Below are positions 62,775 through 64,000 of a DNA stretch of 64,000 nucleotides, piece by piece. The stretch is from contig NC_059429.1 of NCBI RefSeq assembly GCF_021028975.2, positions 52,700,001 through 52,764,000 on the forward strand, read 5' to 3'. A program made the position numbers and the translations under genes. The notes under the pieces are model-generated. The model did no database searches. It was not told the origin of the DNA and saw only the letters and a list, made by a program, of their open reading frames with translations. The DNA comes from Sphaerodactylus townsendi (lineage: Eukaryota). The first letter of the stretch is position 1; the number at the start of each line of letters is the position of its first letter.

Positions 62775-63024
62775 CTGTTGTAAAAACAAATTTTATCATG
62801 AGTGCTGGAATAGAATAGCTGCTGGTGCCTACGAATAACCTTCTACCAAAGCAGTGCAGGTTCAGGGGGAGAGAAACTGAAATCCACAGCCACAGCAGAA
62901 TTAAACAGTCTTCCAAAAAAGACAATGAAGGTAGTTGTATGATTGCTGCAGTCATACAACTTTACTGTGACAGTTACACATTATACATTATCTAAAACAT
63001 CTAAGAGTATCTAAAACATCTAAA

Positions 63025-63432
63025 GCTAGGGTCCCCAACATGGTATCCATGAGCATCATGGCATCTGCCAAGTGTTTTTATAGTGAGAGGAGCCAGGTGT
63101 GTTTTCACCCAGGAGAGCTCCTGATTGGTCACTGCAGTTCTGATTAACCATCCACATTTTTTTGTTGCTTTAGCAGCAGGTGCCACAGCGCAAGGATCTT
63201 CACTGTGTTACTGAAGGTAAGGTGTGTGCAAGAAAAATATTTCACAATACTTGTTCATTTTAAAAGCCACCTTGATAAACAAACATCTGACTGAAATATT
63301 GAAAAGTTCTATAATTGACACTCTGACATTTAGTGCTTGACTGCCTCTTGTGGCAGCCATTTTATGATTGTACTCACCACCCTTTTTTCAGAATTCCAAA
63401 CTGTCCCCTGGCTCAAGAAGGTTGGGGACCCC
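63025..63432. mobile_element. hAT-Charlie-like MITE
   Basis: TIRs gggtccccaac / gttggggaccc. Confidence 0.7.
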
Positions 63433-64000
63433 AACCCTATAGCATGCCATAAAATATAAAGAATAAAGTTGGCAAAGATTCATATTTTTTTTAAAAAACC
63501 CTGACCTGTGCTAGTTCAAAACTTTAGTTTGTGAACTGAATGTTAAAATCCAGTCCTGTGAAGCCTAACATCTGTTGGCTTGACTGGTTAGCAGGTACTT
63601 CAGATGATGGAAGTCTTCTAAAATCTGAAGAAGCTGACTTCTTTTAAATGAATGTTAAGGCGCATACTATGACCTATTTGCTATTTCATACTAAAAAGAA
63701 TAGCTCAAATTTTATCCCACGGCCAAACAATCAGATTTCATGATGTTTTAAAGGCTGCTATTGAATAAAAGCAGAAGAGTCTGTCAATAATACCAAATAA
63801 GCACAAAGCAAATGTTCAGGTCTATCAAAAATATATCCTGTGTTAACAAAACAAAAAATGATTTCTCCAATATTAAAATAACCCCAGATAACCCATGTTC
63901 AGCTGGAGAGTAAAACCTACTGTGCCGCTTCAGATGCAGTGCAGAGTTGTGACAGAACAGCTGAAGTGGTATTCTGTACTTGGCAGCTATTTCTATCTTT

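Overview
Vertebrate genomic DNA; the repeat families point to a squamate reptile, probably a gecko. The + strand carries a complete FUBP1 gene: CpG-island promoter at ~5.3-6.8 kb, 20 canonical coding exons from 5825 to 42075 (641 aa by my exon assembly), an extra 60-nt Tyr-repeat cassette exon and several alternative terminal exons. The - strand carries the last seven coding exons of NEXN (62774 down to 48014), convergent with FUBP1. The introns hold many mobile elements: two decayed DIRS-type tyrosine-recombinase retrotransposons with recognisable inverted terminal repeats and internal complementary regions, a nearly full-length young CR1 LINE plus a 3' fragment, an internally deleted L2, Penelope-like pieces with hammerhead-ribozyme cores, and several hAT/Tc1/Harbinger-type MITEs, some nested three deep. 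There are two N gaps. I found no prokaryote-style novel system. The most interesting leads are the ribozyme-bearing palindrome inserted at an FUBP1 branch-point region, a GC-rich hairpin module shared by unrelated MITEs, recursive-splice-like motifs and the bidirectional promoter. Exon boundaries were read by eye; comparisons to human isoforms are from memory.
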